A stretch of 64,000 nucleotides of DNA, taken from positions 32,001 to 96,000 of the IMG/VR virus record IMGVR_UViG_3300029711_000003; one strand, 5' to 3'. The position numbers were made by a program, and so were the translations under genes. The DNA comes from a virus. The notes under the pieces were generated by a model that was given only the letters and a program-made list of their open reading frames with translations, made no database searches and was not told the DNA's origin. Within the stretch, counting starts at the first letter, position 1. Each line of letters starts with the position of its first letter. Shown piece after piece: positions 19,102 through 27,553 of the stretch.

Positions 19102-20600
19102 ATATAAACATTACAAGGATAAACAATTTTGAATACAGTTTCAAACTGTCCAGTCGTGATGGCATACGTCATGTAGCAAAGGCTTTGACCTTTCGCAATC
19201 CTGACCCTTTTGCTTATTCTCATAAAATAGAAAAATTTGACAAGCGCAGGTTGACATTCCGTATAGGTATGTTGCCTACGCTTCAAGCGTATATTAAGGA
19301 ACATGGTTTGTCGTTTCAAATATCTGATTATGATTACCACTTACCCGATGGAGTGGAAATAGACAGCCGTATGTCTGGGCGGTATGTTCATCAGCGTCAT
19401 GCGGTTGAGGCTTTCTTTCGCCGTCGCTTTGGAATCATAGTTGTCCCGACACGTGGAGGAAAGACGTTTATTGCCTCAGAGATATTGCGTATATTTCTTG
19501 ATACAGATGAAGGCAATTTTCTTTTCCTTACTGATAACACAACGTTGTTCACTCAGGCAGTGAATGATATACGGACGTATTTTGAACCGTATGGCGGTAT
19601 AGAAGTTGGAGAAATACGGGCAGGTCGTATTGATATCAGCCATAGAGCTACTGTTGGTATGATACAGACTATACAGAGTACATTAAGCGGTCGTTGTCGG
19701 GATAAGAAGAAAAAGAAGGATTTGGAGAAATATATTCGTGAGTTGAAATTCCTATGCGTAGATGAGGTTCATGAAAATTGTTCGGACGCTAAACTGAAAA
19801 CCTATAAAAAGGCAAGAAATTTGGAATATCAGCTTTGTTTGTCCGCAACTCCATATCGTGCCGGCGCGTTGGTTCAAAATTTGAAACTCAAGGAATGGAG
19901 CGGTGACGTTGTTTATACAATAACAGAGAAAAGATTGAGGAAACGTCATGTACTTTCAGACTATCGGGTGTTCATGCTTTTAATAGACCACAATGAAATA
20001 TCATATGATGTAGCCGTAGAGGATTATGCGGGTTATCGGACGGCTTTGATTTTCAACTCCGAGATAAGAAACCGAGTGTTGATGATGATGATGAAGGTAC
20101 TTCGGGAGCTCAATTTGAAAACGCTTGTGTTATTCCAAAGTATAGAGCATGTTAGCAAGATGGCAGAACTTTCGGGCGAAAGATTTATCAGCGGACAGAC
20201 TAAAAGCGCAGAGCGTGAGCGAGCAAAAGCTGAATTTCTTTCGGGTGAGGGAGGTTTTTTGCTTGCATCTGATATTTTCAAGAAAGGTGTGACGCTGCCG
20301 CAAGTTGAGGTATTGATAAACGTAGATGGCGGATTGGAGGATGCTAACACTATTCAGAAAAAAGGACGTGTACTGGGAGCAACCGAAACTAAGAGCCGAA
20401 GCCTGATTATTGATTTCTTTGATTTGTATGATGCGTATTTTTCAGCTCACTCTGAAACACGGTTAAACACTTATGTAGAAGCAATCGGAGAAAAACGTGT
20501 TGGCATTCTTGATACTTCTGTTGATGATTGGTTAGAAACTTTTAGAAGATGGACAATAAAGTGGTTCGCCGCAGACAAAGGCTATTCCGTTACGCAGTAG
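19095..20600 (+). CDS. superfamily 2 DNA helicase (DEAD/DEAH-box, UvsW/ResIII-like)
   Basis: Motif I VVPTRGGKTF, motif II DEVHE, motif III SATP, motif VI QKKGRVLG. Confidence 0.85.
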   Translation: MVDINITRINNFEYSFKLSSRDGIRHVAKALTFRNPDPFAYSHKIEKFDKRRLTFRIGMLPTLQAYIKEHGLSFQISDYDYHLPDGVEIDSRMSGRYVHQRHAVEAFFRRRFGIIVVPTRGGKTFIASEILRIFLDTDEGNFLFLTDNTTLFTQAVNDIRTYFEPYGGIEVGEIRAGRIDISHRATVGMIQTIQSTLSGRCRDKKKKKDLEKYIRELKFLCVDEVHENCSDAKLKTYKKARNLEYQLCLSATPYRAGALVQNLKLKEWSGDVVYTITEKRLRKRHVLSDYRVFMLLIDHNEISYDVAVEDYAGYRTALIFNSEIRNRVLMMMMKVLRELNLKTLVLFQSIEHVSKMAELSGERFISGQTKSAERERAKAEFLSGEGGFLLASDIFKKGVTLPQVEVLINVDGGLEDANTIQKKGRVLGATETKSRSLIIDFFDLYDAYFSAHSETRLNTYVEAIGEKRVGILDTSVDDWLETFRRWTIKWFAADKGYSVTQ

Positions 20601-21154
20601 ATTTGTTCATTGAATTATTGGAACAAGTAACTAAACGTAAACGGATAAAATACACGTGTAATGACGCTGATACGGTTTGTTGGAATAATTTCATGGATAC
20701 ATTCTCAGACCGTATCGGTGAGGATTTTATAAGGAAGTTTTGCGAGTATGGTATTCAGAGCTGGTTTAATGACGGTACAGAAAGAGATTATTCACGTTCA
20801 GTCCGTTTCAATTGGATTTTTGGTAAGTCAGCAATAGAGCGTTGGAAAAAGTATGATATTGAAACCAACGTGTATATAACACGTATTGGCATTAAAAAAG
20901 ACCATAAAATCAACGTTATTCGTAAACATACGGAAATTCCTAAAATAGTAGGTACATTAAGACATACGGAGGAAAAATTCAAGGCTGAATTTCATAATAC
21001 ACGCAAAGGCTTACTGTGGTGTATTGCTAATACTACTTTGTATTTTCATAAGAGTTCTTTATGTGCTACTTGTAATTATAAAAATGAATGTAAAAAATTA
21101 CTCAAACAAGAGTATCCAAAAATATATTTGAAAAGGGGATATGGCGAAAGATAA
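20549..21154 (+). CDS. hypothetical replication-module protein
   Basis: 201-aa ORF. The start is uncertain: the ATG at 20549 overlaps the helicase by 52 nt, and an in-frame TTG at 20603 is an alternative. C-terminal CATCNYKNEC motif. Confidence 0.45.
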   Translation: MDNKVVRRRQRLFRYAVDLFIELLEQVTKRKRIKYTCNDADTVCWNNFMDTFSDRIGEDFIRKFCEYGIQSWFNDGTERDYSRSVRFNWIFGKSAIERWKKYDIETNVYITRIGIKKDHKINVIRKHTEIPKIVGTLRHTEEKFKAEFHNTRKGLLWCIANTTLYFHKSSLCATCNYKNECKKLLKQEYPKIYLKRGYGER

Positions 21155-22529
21155 TATGTTAGCAACAAATTTTGTTGTTGAGCTTATTGCTGCTGCGTTG
21201 GAACGTAGGACAGTTTTTGAAATTGTAAAACAATATCTTAAATTTTCCTATCTTCAAGAAGAAGCAGAAAAGAAACTCTGGCAGTGGGTCACCAAGCGTT
21301 ATGACCTTACTGGTAAAGTTCCTACGATTGGTCAGATACAACAACAATTTGTAGATGATGAACGGGTGCTTGAAAAACTTGAAGAGATAGGCGATGTTGA
21401 GATTGATGAAAATGGCGGTTATGAATTGATAATAGATAGCTTTGAGAAGTTCATCAAAAAGATGAAATTTCTTGAGGTTAATGATAAGATTGCTGACACT
21501 TACAATCGTGGTGATAAAGAGGGAGCTTGGGAGTTATTTGTTAAGTCCGCTGAAGATTTCAGTAAGTTCTCCATTCAGGACGCTAAGTTTGAAACTGTAT
21601 TTGGTGACTTTGCCGAACGTCAGGCGAAACGTAAGAGTGAAGATTGGAATTTTCGTTTTAAGATACCTACTGGAATTGATGAACTTGATTATAGGCTTGG
21701 AGGAGAAAGCGGTGGCCCTGAAACTGGTGAATGTGTTCTTTGGTTAGGCGATTCAGGAGCTGGTAAGAGTCAATGTTTGGTATCAGTAGGTATAGCTGCT
21801 GCAAGACAAGGATTCAGAGTTGCCCACTTTCAGTTAGAAGGCACGAAAGAGCAGTGTTTGAACCGTTATGACGCTGCTTGGACAGGTACGCTTTATCAAG
21901 ATGTGAAGCTTGGTAACATAACCGCTAAGAAAATGGAAGTGACCAAGCGTATCATCAAGAAGCTCCGAAAGACCGATATTATTGTAAGTTCAGAGGAAAC
22001 TTTCAACGCCAAGACGCTTGTTGATATTCGTAGGGAGTTGAAAGAAATGGAGAAGAAGTATGGCAAGATTGATGTCATAATTATAGACTATTTGGAGTTG
22101 TTAGAGCTGGGCGATGGGCACCGTTACACTCCAAGTGAAGAGCGTTTCCGTCAAGCTAAGTTAGCGAAAGGGATGAAGATGCTTGCTATGGAATTCAATG
22201 CCGTAGTTCATACTGCAACTCAAAGTAGTAATATCCCAGAGGAACAGAAGAATGACCCTGAGTTTGTCATAACAAGAGCGCAGTTGAATGAAGATAAAGG
22301 AAAGTGCAGACCTATGGACGTGTTTGTTACTATAAATCAAACAAGGGATGAAAGGAAAGAAGAAATAATGAGGTTGTATATAGATAAAGCACGTGAATAT
22401 AAAAGCGGAGATATTATATATATATGCAATAATTTTGCTTATGCACGTTTTTATGACCGCAAACGTACTATCGAATTAAATATGGATGACGGTTGGGGTG
22501 AGTTTTATGATAAGGATGAAGAAGAATGA
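21141..22529 (+). CDS. dnaB: DnaB-like replicative DNA helicase
   Basis: IPTGIDELDYRLGG is followed by Walker A GDSGAGKSQ and Walker B VIIIDYLELL. Size and architecture fit the DnaB family. Confidence 0.8.
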   Translation: MAKDNMLATNFVVELIAAALERRTVFEIVKQYLKFSYLQEEAEKKLWQWVTKRYDLTGKVPTIGQIQQQFVDDERVLEKLEEIGDVEIDENGGYELIIDSFEKFIKKMKFLEVNDKIADTYNRGDKEGAWELFVKSAEDFSKFSIQDAKFETVFGDFAERQAKRKSEDWNFRFKIPTGIDELDYRLGGESGGPETGECVLWLGDSGAGKSQCLVSVGIAAARQGFRVAHFQLEGTKEQCLNRYDAAWTGTLYQDVKLGNITAKKMEVTKRIIKKLRKTDIIVSSEETFNAKTLVDIRRELKEMEKKYGKIDVIIIDYLELLELGDGHRYTPSEERFRQAKLAKGMKMLAMEFNAVVHTATQSSNIPEEQKNDPEFVITRAQLNEDKGKCRPMDVFVTINQTRDERKEEIMRLYIDKAREYKSGDIIYICNNFAYARFYDRKRTIELNMDDGWGEFYDKDEEE

Positions 22530-22807
22530 AGTTGATTGTTGCTAATAAGATAAAGGAAACCGAAAAAGCGGTTGACTATTGTATAACATTTTGGATAGAT
22601 AGTTGTGACTATTATATCTACAAATGGTTACCAAAGAAATTAGTCATTCCAGTAGATGACCGACATATTAAGGTAGGAGATATTGGATTGAAAATGATAA
22701 TTGATGAGATTGCCCGCAAACATACTTTTAACAGAGCAAGCTACACCGCAAGGTTTTATCCTGAGAATATAATATGGAATAAAGAAGATGAAGCTGATTT
22801 CAGATGA
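22526..22807 (+). CDS. hypothetical protein
   Basis: 93-aa ORF with an ATGA overlap to the helicase gene. Confidence 0.45.
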   Translation: MKLIVANKIKETEKAVDYCITFWIDSCDYYIYKWLPKKLVIPVDDRHIKVGDIGLKMIIDEIARKHTFNRASYTARFYPENIIWNKEDEADFR

Positions 22808-23747
22808 TGATTTGAAGGATTTGTTAATCAATCCTAAACCAACACGGAGCGGACAATACATTTCAGATTGCCCGCTTTGTGGTAAAGAACAACACTTTTA
22901 TATTTCACGTAAAACTCAAATGTGGGATTGTAAGAAGTGTCATTCTTATGGCAGTATTTATAAGCTCCTACGATTGCTTGATAAAACATATCTGCTTGCT
23001 GGTAGTACCATAGAAAATAAGGAACGCATTGAGAGTATTCGGGAAATGACTCAGGAGCTTATTAGCAATGATGATATAGAACTTTCGGAGCTGCCTGTTA
23101 AGAAGATGCCTGTTGGATGGAAAGTGTCTGCTAAGAGCACGAAATACTTGTTAAGCCGTGGCATAACTCCTGAAGATTGTAAGCGTTACAATATCGGAGC
23201 TACTGATATGTTTCGTAAGTACGAAAATTATGTACTGATTCCAATTTACGATGATGGTAAAATAAGAGGATTTTTGGGCAGATACGGAGACAAAAAAGTT
23301 CCTGAAGATAAATTACGCTATAATAATAGTATAGGAACGGAGTTTGCCGAATTATTGTTTGGATATGATGAAATAACAGGCAATACCAGTACAGTCGTAT
23401 TAGTCGAAGGAGTGTTTGATAAAATTGCCGTTGATAAAGTCCTTCATCTTTGGGATGGAGAAGAAGTAAAATGTGTTTGTACTTTTGGTAAAAAGATAAG
23501 TGACAAACAAATAAAGAAACTGATGTTGAAAGGAGTTACAAATGTAATATTGTTATATGATTTTGACGCTATTAAGGAAATCAAAAAGTATGGTTTGGAG
23601 CTTGAAAAATACTTTGTTACAAGTATTACTTATACCAATAAAAAAGATATAGATGAATGCTCAGAAGATGAAGCGTTGGAAGTTTTCACCCATTTGATGA
23701 AACCAAAAGATTTTAATGAGGGTGTAATCGGTAAATTAAAGAAGTAA
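22788..23747 (+). CDS. dnaG: DNA primase (zinc-ribbon + TOPRIM)
   Basis: Zinc ribbon CPLCGKEQHF...CKKCHSYGS. TOPRIM Glu in VVLVEGVFDKIA and a DxD-like LLYDFDA. Confidence 0.8.
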   Translation: MKLISDDDLKDLLINPKPTRSGQYISDCPLCGKEQHFYISRKTQMWDCKKCHSYGSIYKLLRLLDKTYLLAGSTIENKERIESIREMTQELISNDDIELSELPVKKMPVGWKVSAKSTKYLLSRGITPEDCKRYNIGATDMFRKYENYVLIPIYDDGKIRGFLGRYGDKKVPEDKLRYNNSIGTEFAELLFGYDEITGNTSTVVLVEGVFDKIAVDKVLHLWDGEEVKCVCTFGKKISDKQIKKLMLKGVTNVILLYDFDAIKEIKKYGLELEKYFVTSITYTNKKDIDECSEDEALEVFTHLMKPKDFNEGVIGKLKK

Positions 23748-23750
23748 GGT

Positions 23751-24188
23751 ATGGAAACAAAAAAGAAGACAAGAAATTTATCCGTTGCTGAATACTTTCT
23801 TGTTATTCAGAAAGAATACTTGATTGCTGAATTTAGAAAGAAAATCTATTTTAGCAAGAATGACAAGAATTATTATCAGCGAGTAATGAACGGTAAGCGT
23901 GAAAAAATTGAAATGATTTCCAAGCGCAACCGTTTAGACAACATATTTAACAATGCTGCTAAGATGGAAGAAATGAGAAACGAGCTTTTTGACCGTCTTG
24001 GTAAACCAAAGTTTGAAATGTCTCAAACGGACATTGATAACTATTATTCCGTTGGCAATGAATTTTCTTTCCGTGGTGATATTTGGATTTTAGACCAAGT
24101 AAACAGCGATGGTACGCTCACGCTGTATTCTGCTAAATTACAACAATACGAAACGGCTGATAAATCTGAAGTTTGTAGGATTTTATAA
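23751..24188 (+). CDS. hypothetical protein
   Basis: 145-aa ORF starting 3 nt after the primase stop. Confidence 0.45.
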   Translation: METKKKTRNLSVAEYFLVIQKEYLIAEFRKKIYFSKNDKNYYQRVMNGKREKIEMISKRNRLDNIFNNAAKMEEMRNELFDRLGKPKFEMSQTDIDNYYSVGNEFSFRGDIWILDQVNSDGTLTLYSAKLQQYETADKSEVCRIL

Positions 24189-24234
24189 GATTCAATAATT
24201 CATTATTTTCTGTGGGTTTGTCCTGGTTTTTGCT

Positions 24235-24320
24235 AAACAAAAGTTAAAATTTTGGGCAAACCCAAATTTTTTCCAAAAATTATTTTGCCGTTTGTAAAAT
24301 TCTCCGTACCTTCGCTTCAG
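24235..24320 (+). promoter_or_regulatory. conserved promoter cassette, copy 1 of 3
   Basis: Shares the blocks AGTTAAAA..TTT, ATTTTGCCGTTT and CCGTACCTTCG with the copies at 47891 and 52327. TTTG is followed 19 nt later by TACCTTCG (24307-24314), which resembles the Bacteroidota -33 TTTG / -7 TAnnTTTG layout. It lies ~30-40 nt upstream of the next start codon. Confidence 0.6.
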
Positions 24321-24341
24321 AATTGTAAATGAAATCGTAAA

Positions 24342-24995
24342 TTGAATTGTATGAATGCTAAAATAAAAATGTCCGAAAGGCTTTATCGTCGCTATGAGTA
24401 TCTTGCTCCGAGATACGCCAGTAGGATATTCTCATACGAGCAATTGTCTTATGAATATGAAGATTTGGTACAAGAGTTCCGTATCAAGATTTTCACTTCC
24501 ATTAAGGCTTATGGACGTAGATGGCTAAGGTATCGGAGAGGTGAAGCACCCAAGCCAGTTCCTTTGAAATACTATTTGGAAGCAGCATGTTCTAATAAGA
24601 TGCGTGATTTCACTAAGTATATTACAAGAGAGAACAATAAAACGAGTATTGATGAAATCCATTATGATTATGGAGTTAATGACGATACAACAATTTCTCC
24701 TGAACGCAATATCTTTATAGTAAATGGCGTGAATTTATTGGAGGGATTGACTGGTAAGGAAAGAGCCGTTTTTTCTCTTTATTTGCGAGGTTGCAATAAA
24801 ATTTTGCTTAACAAAGTTTATTTTAGCAATAAAGAAGAAAAACGGTTGAGAAAAGAAGTTTTGGAAACTGGCGATGAGCCGTTTGGCGTAGCAGATATAA
24901 TAGATTTACAAAAGAGCTATTTGATTCGCAAGTACGGAAATGACTTACTCCAGCAAAACCGAGTTTTTTCAACTTACAACTTCGATGAAGAATAA
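24342..24995 (+). CDS. sigma-70 family (ECF-like) transcription factor
   Basis: Region-2-like YEDLVQEFRIKIFTSIKAY...LKYYLEAACSNKMRDFTKYITRE. Region-4-like LTGKERAVFSLYLRG. The start is uncertain (TTG 24342, ATG 24351). Confidence 0.55.
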   Translation: MNCMNAKIKMSERLYRRYEYLAPRYASRIFSYEQLSYEYEDLVQEFRIKIFTSIKAYGRRWLRYRRGEAPKPVPLKYYLEAACSNKMRDFTKYITRENNKTSIDEIHYDYGVNDDTTISPERNIFIVNGVNLLEGLTGKERAVFSLYLRGCNKILLNKVYFSNKEEKRLRKEVLETGDEPFGVADIIDLQKSYLIRKYGNDLLQQNRVFSTYNFDEE

Positions 24996-25033
24996 CTTTT
25001 TAACATAGTAATAACTTAAAAATTGTAAAGAAA

Positions 25034-26233
25034 ATGGCAACAAAATTGAATCCAGCAACTGCTAAGAAAGTGAAGGCATTGGGTATTAATGCTAAATCAG
25101 AAGAAGATGCACGTGAGAAACTGCTTGAAATCCTGAAGGACAACGGCATTGACGGCATGGAAGAGGAAGACACCGAAACTCTTATTGACATTGCCGAGAG
25201 CTATGTTGAGGAAGGCGGTGAAAATGAATCAGAAGAGCAAGAGGCAGAAGAGCTTGCTAATGAAGCTGAGGAAGAGGAAACTGAAGAAGAAAAGCCGAAG
25301 GCAAAGGTCAAGAAAGCTCCTGCTAAGGATGACGATGAAGAAGAGGAAGAAGAAACTGAAGAAGAGCCTGAAGAGGAAGAAACTGAAGAAGGTGATGAGT
25401 TTGACGAAATGGACAGAACGGAGTTGAAATCCTATATCAAGAAGAATGGGCTGGAAATTACTGTCAAGAAGTCTATGACTGATGACGACATCCGTGACCT
25501 CATTCGTGAAGCAGTAAATGATGAAGAGGAAGAAACGGAGGAAGCAGAAGAGGAAGCTCCAGCATCGAAAGAAAAGGCTGCTAAGAAAGCTGAAACGAAA
25601 GCTCCTGAGAAGCCTGCGAAGAAGAAAGAGGAAAAGAAAGAAACTAAGTCAAAACCTGCCGGCAAGCGTGGTACTAAACTTGACCCGAAGAACAACGAAG
25701 ATGACCGCAAGGCATTTGCTCCTTTGAAAAAGCTGTTCCCTGAAGATGAGTTCAACTATGCTTGGGTAGCAAGCGCAGGAGTTACAATCAAACATAAGGG
25801 TACAAACTCCAACCGTTCTATGGTTCTGATTGAGAACTGTTCTCAGATGCCCGATGGTTCTATCAAGTGTAACTTGTATCTGCTTACTTTCAACAAGCAG
25901 CTTGAAGTTCTTGATGAAGCAGGTATTGAGTACGAAAAGTGCTGGAGCGGTGCACCGCTTATCAAGGGCATAACTCTTGATGAGGCAATCGAAATCATCA
26001 AAGGCTTGCTTGACAACATTCTGTCTTCTGTAAAGAAAATCGACAAGAAGCTGGGAGAAAACCGCAAAAAGATGGAGGAAAATCTGAACAAGAAAGCTCC
26101 GAAGAAAGCGGCAAAGCCTGCTAAGGATGATGACGATGAAGAAGAGGAAGAAACTGAGGAAGAAGAAACGCCGAAGGCAAAACCTGCCTCAAAGAAGGCT
26201 GTAGCAACAAAGAAAACTACAAAGAAAAAGTAA
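25034..26233 (+). CDS. highly charged protein: poly-Glu tracts, HeH/SAP-like motif, globular C-domain, Lys-rich tail
   Basis: 399-aa ORF with long E/D runs and the motif DRTELKSYIKKNGLEITVKKSMTDDDIRDLI. The C-terminus KKAVATKKTTKKK is H1-like. The gene has its own terminator. Confidence 0.6.
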   Translation: MATKLNPATAKKVKALGINAKSEEDAREKLLEILKDNGIDGMEEEDTETLIDIAESYVEEGGENESEEQEAEELANEAEEEETEEEKPKAKVKKAPAKDDDEEEEEETEEEPEEEETEEGDEFDEMDRTELKSYIKKNGLEITVKKSMTDDDIRDLIREAVNDEEEETEEAEEEAPASKEKAAKKAETKAPEKPAKKKEEKKETKSKPAGKRGTKLDPKNNEDDRKAFAPLKKLFPEDEFNYAWVASAGVTIKHKGTNSNRSMVLIENCSQMPDGSIKCNLYLLTFNKQLEVLDEAGIEYEKCWSGAPLIKGITLDEAIEIIKGLLDNILSSVKKIDKKLGENRKKMEENLNKKAPKKAAKPAKDDDDEEEEETEEEETPKAKPASKKAVATKKTTKKK

Positions 26234-26268
26234 TTTGCGTAACTGCATAAATGATAGATAGAGATTGG

Positions 26269-26305
26269 AAGGAGCTGCTTGAGAAAGTGGCTCCTTTTTC
26301 TTTTT
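26269..26305 (+). terminator. intrinsic terminator (homologous to the one at 42527)
   Basis: AAGGAGC (26269-26275) pairs with GCTCCTT (26290-26296). The loop contains GCTTGAGAAAGT, and TTTTTCTTTTT follows. Confidence 0.75.
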
Positions 26306-26353
26306 ACAACGTTACTTACATAGTTAGAAATAATAAGTTAAACAAATTGAAAT

Positions 26354-27553
26354 ATGGAAAATATTGATTTCAAAAATGTGTTTATTCCGCCACTTGGCGT
26401 AATTTCAACTTCACAATTCAGTGAGATGTATCCTGTGGTTAATGACTATATTCTCAATGAAATGAAGTTTGAGGATAGCAGGGATGGAAAGGTAAAGGAA
26501 ATGCTTGATATTAAAACAATGTTAAGCAATCCGTATCGTAGATGCGTAGGCGGTTATCGAAGAAACATAAATGTGTTCTTTTTGCTTGCTGAAGCTATGT
26601 GGATTGTTTTAGGCAGGAAAGATGTTGAGACATTAGTCAATTTCAATAACAATATGAAAAACTTTTCCGATGATGGTGAAACATTTCACGCTCCTTATGG
26701 TTTTCGTTTGCGCCATTGGGGTATAAGGACAGAGGATAAGTTTGAGGAAGGAGTTAATACTGCTCAAGGTTCAGACCAAGTTTTGAATGCTATCAAACTT
26801 TTGACGGAAAATCCTAACACCCGTCAAGTTGTTATGTCTATTTGGAATCCAAACTTTGATTTAGGATTCAAAACAAAAGACATACCTTGTAATGATATGG
26901 TGATGTTAAAGATAAGGAACGGAAAGCTGATAACAACGGTTCAAAATCGTAGCAACGACTTGCATTGGGGTTTGCCTACGAACATATTCCAGTTCTCATT
27001 CCTCACCGAAGTTATGGCGGCTTGTTTAGGTATAGAGCTTGGCACTCAAACTCATAATTCTCAGAGCCTACATATATATGAGTGGAATGATGTTGCTAAT
27101 GTTATGGATGAAGAATATAAGAAAATCGGAAACGGTTTTGATTTGTATCATTGGGCTCATGAGAAGCATATGGATTTCAACTTCAATCACGAAGTTCCTG
27201 CTAACCGTTTCCGTGAGATTGAATACAATTTTTCGGTTATTATCGAAAATCTGAATAAAGTTGCTAAGGGAGAGAGTGAGAACAACGATGAAATCCAAGC
27301 ATTAGCAATGTTTTCTAATTATCTGTATAACTCTTATCTGTTATTGAAGATTTATTTGGATTACAAGCATGATATTAAGTCTGCTAAGACGGATGAGGAA
27401 AAGGATGTTGCCCGTTTGAAGGCAATTTCAGATATTGAATTGATAGAAATTGAGAACAAGTTACAAGGATGGGACATTTCAGTTCTTGCTAAGAATTTCT
27501 TTGCCGCAAGGTTACACAATAAGGTAGAACATGAATACATTGGTAAGTTATGA
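26354..27553 (+). CDS. thymidylate synthase (ThyA)-fold enzyme, candidate deoxypyrimidine (dUMP) hydroxymethylase or divergent TS, with ~110-aa C-terminal extension
   Basis: ThyA-family blocks: HAPYGFRLRHWG, NPNTRQVVMSIWNP, catalytic Cys in IPCNDMV, NRSNDLHWGLPTNIFQF, and SLHIY. Confidence 0.7.
   Translation: MENIDFKNVFIPPLGVISTSQFSEMYPVVNDYILNEMKFEDSRDGKVKEMLDIKTMLSNPYRRCVGGYRRNINVFFLLAEAMWIVLGRKDVETLVNFNNNMKNFSDDGETFHAPYGFRLRHWGIRTEDKFEEGVNTAQGSDQVLNAIKLLTENPNTRQVVMSIWNPNFDLGFKTKDIPCNDMVMLKIRNGKLITTVQNRSNDLHWGLPTNIFQFSFLTEVMAACLGIELGTQTHNSQSLHIYEWNDVANVMDEEYKKIGNGFDLYHWAHEKHMDFNFNHEVPANRFREIEYNFSVIIENLNKVAKGESENNDEIQALAMFSNYLYNSYLLLKIYLDYKHDIKSAKTDEEKDVARLKAISDIELIEIENKLQGWDISVLAKNFFAARLHNKVEHEYIGKL

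Noticed and set aside
25149-25755. Alternative-frame Lys/Arg-rich or Ser-rich ORFs inside the acidic genes (25149..25427, 25518..25727 and 25432..25755, and likewise 33489..33923, 33551..33796, 33572..33760 and 48821..49324).
   Set aside because: They are frame-shifted or antisense readings of GAA/GAG/AAG-rich repeats (poly-Glu tracts read as poly-Lys/Arg or poly-Ser). This is a compositional artefact, not evidence of overlapping genes.
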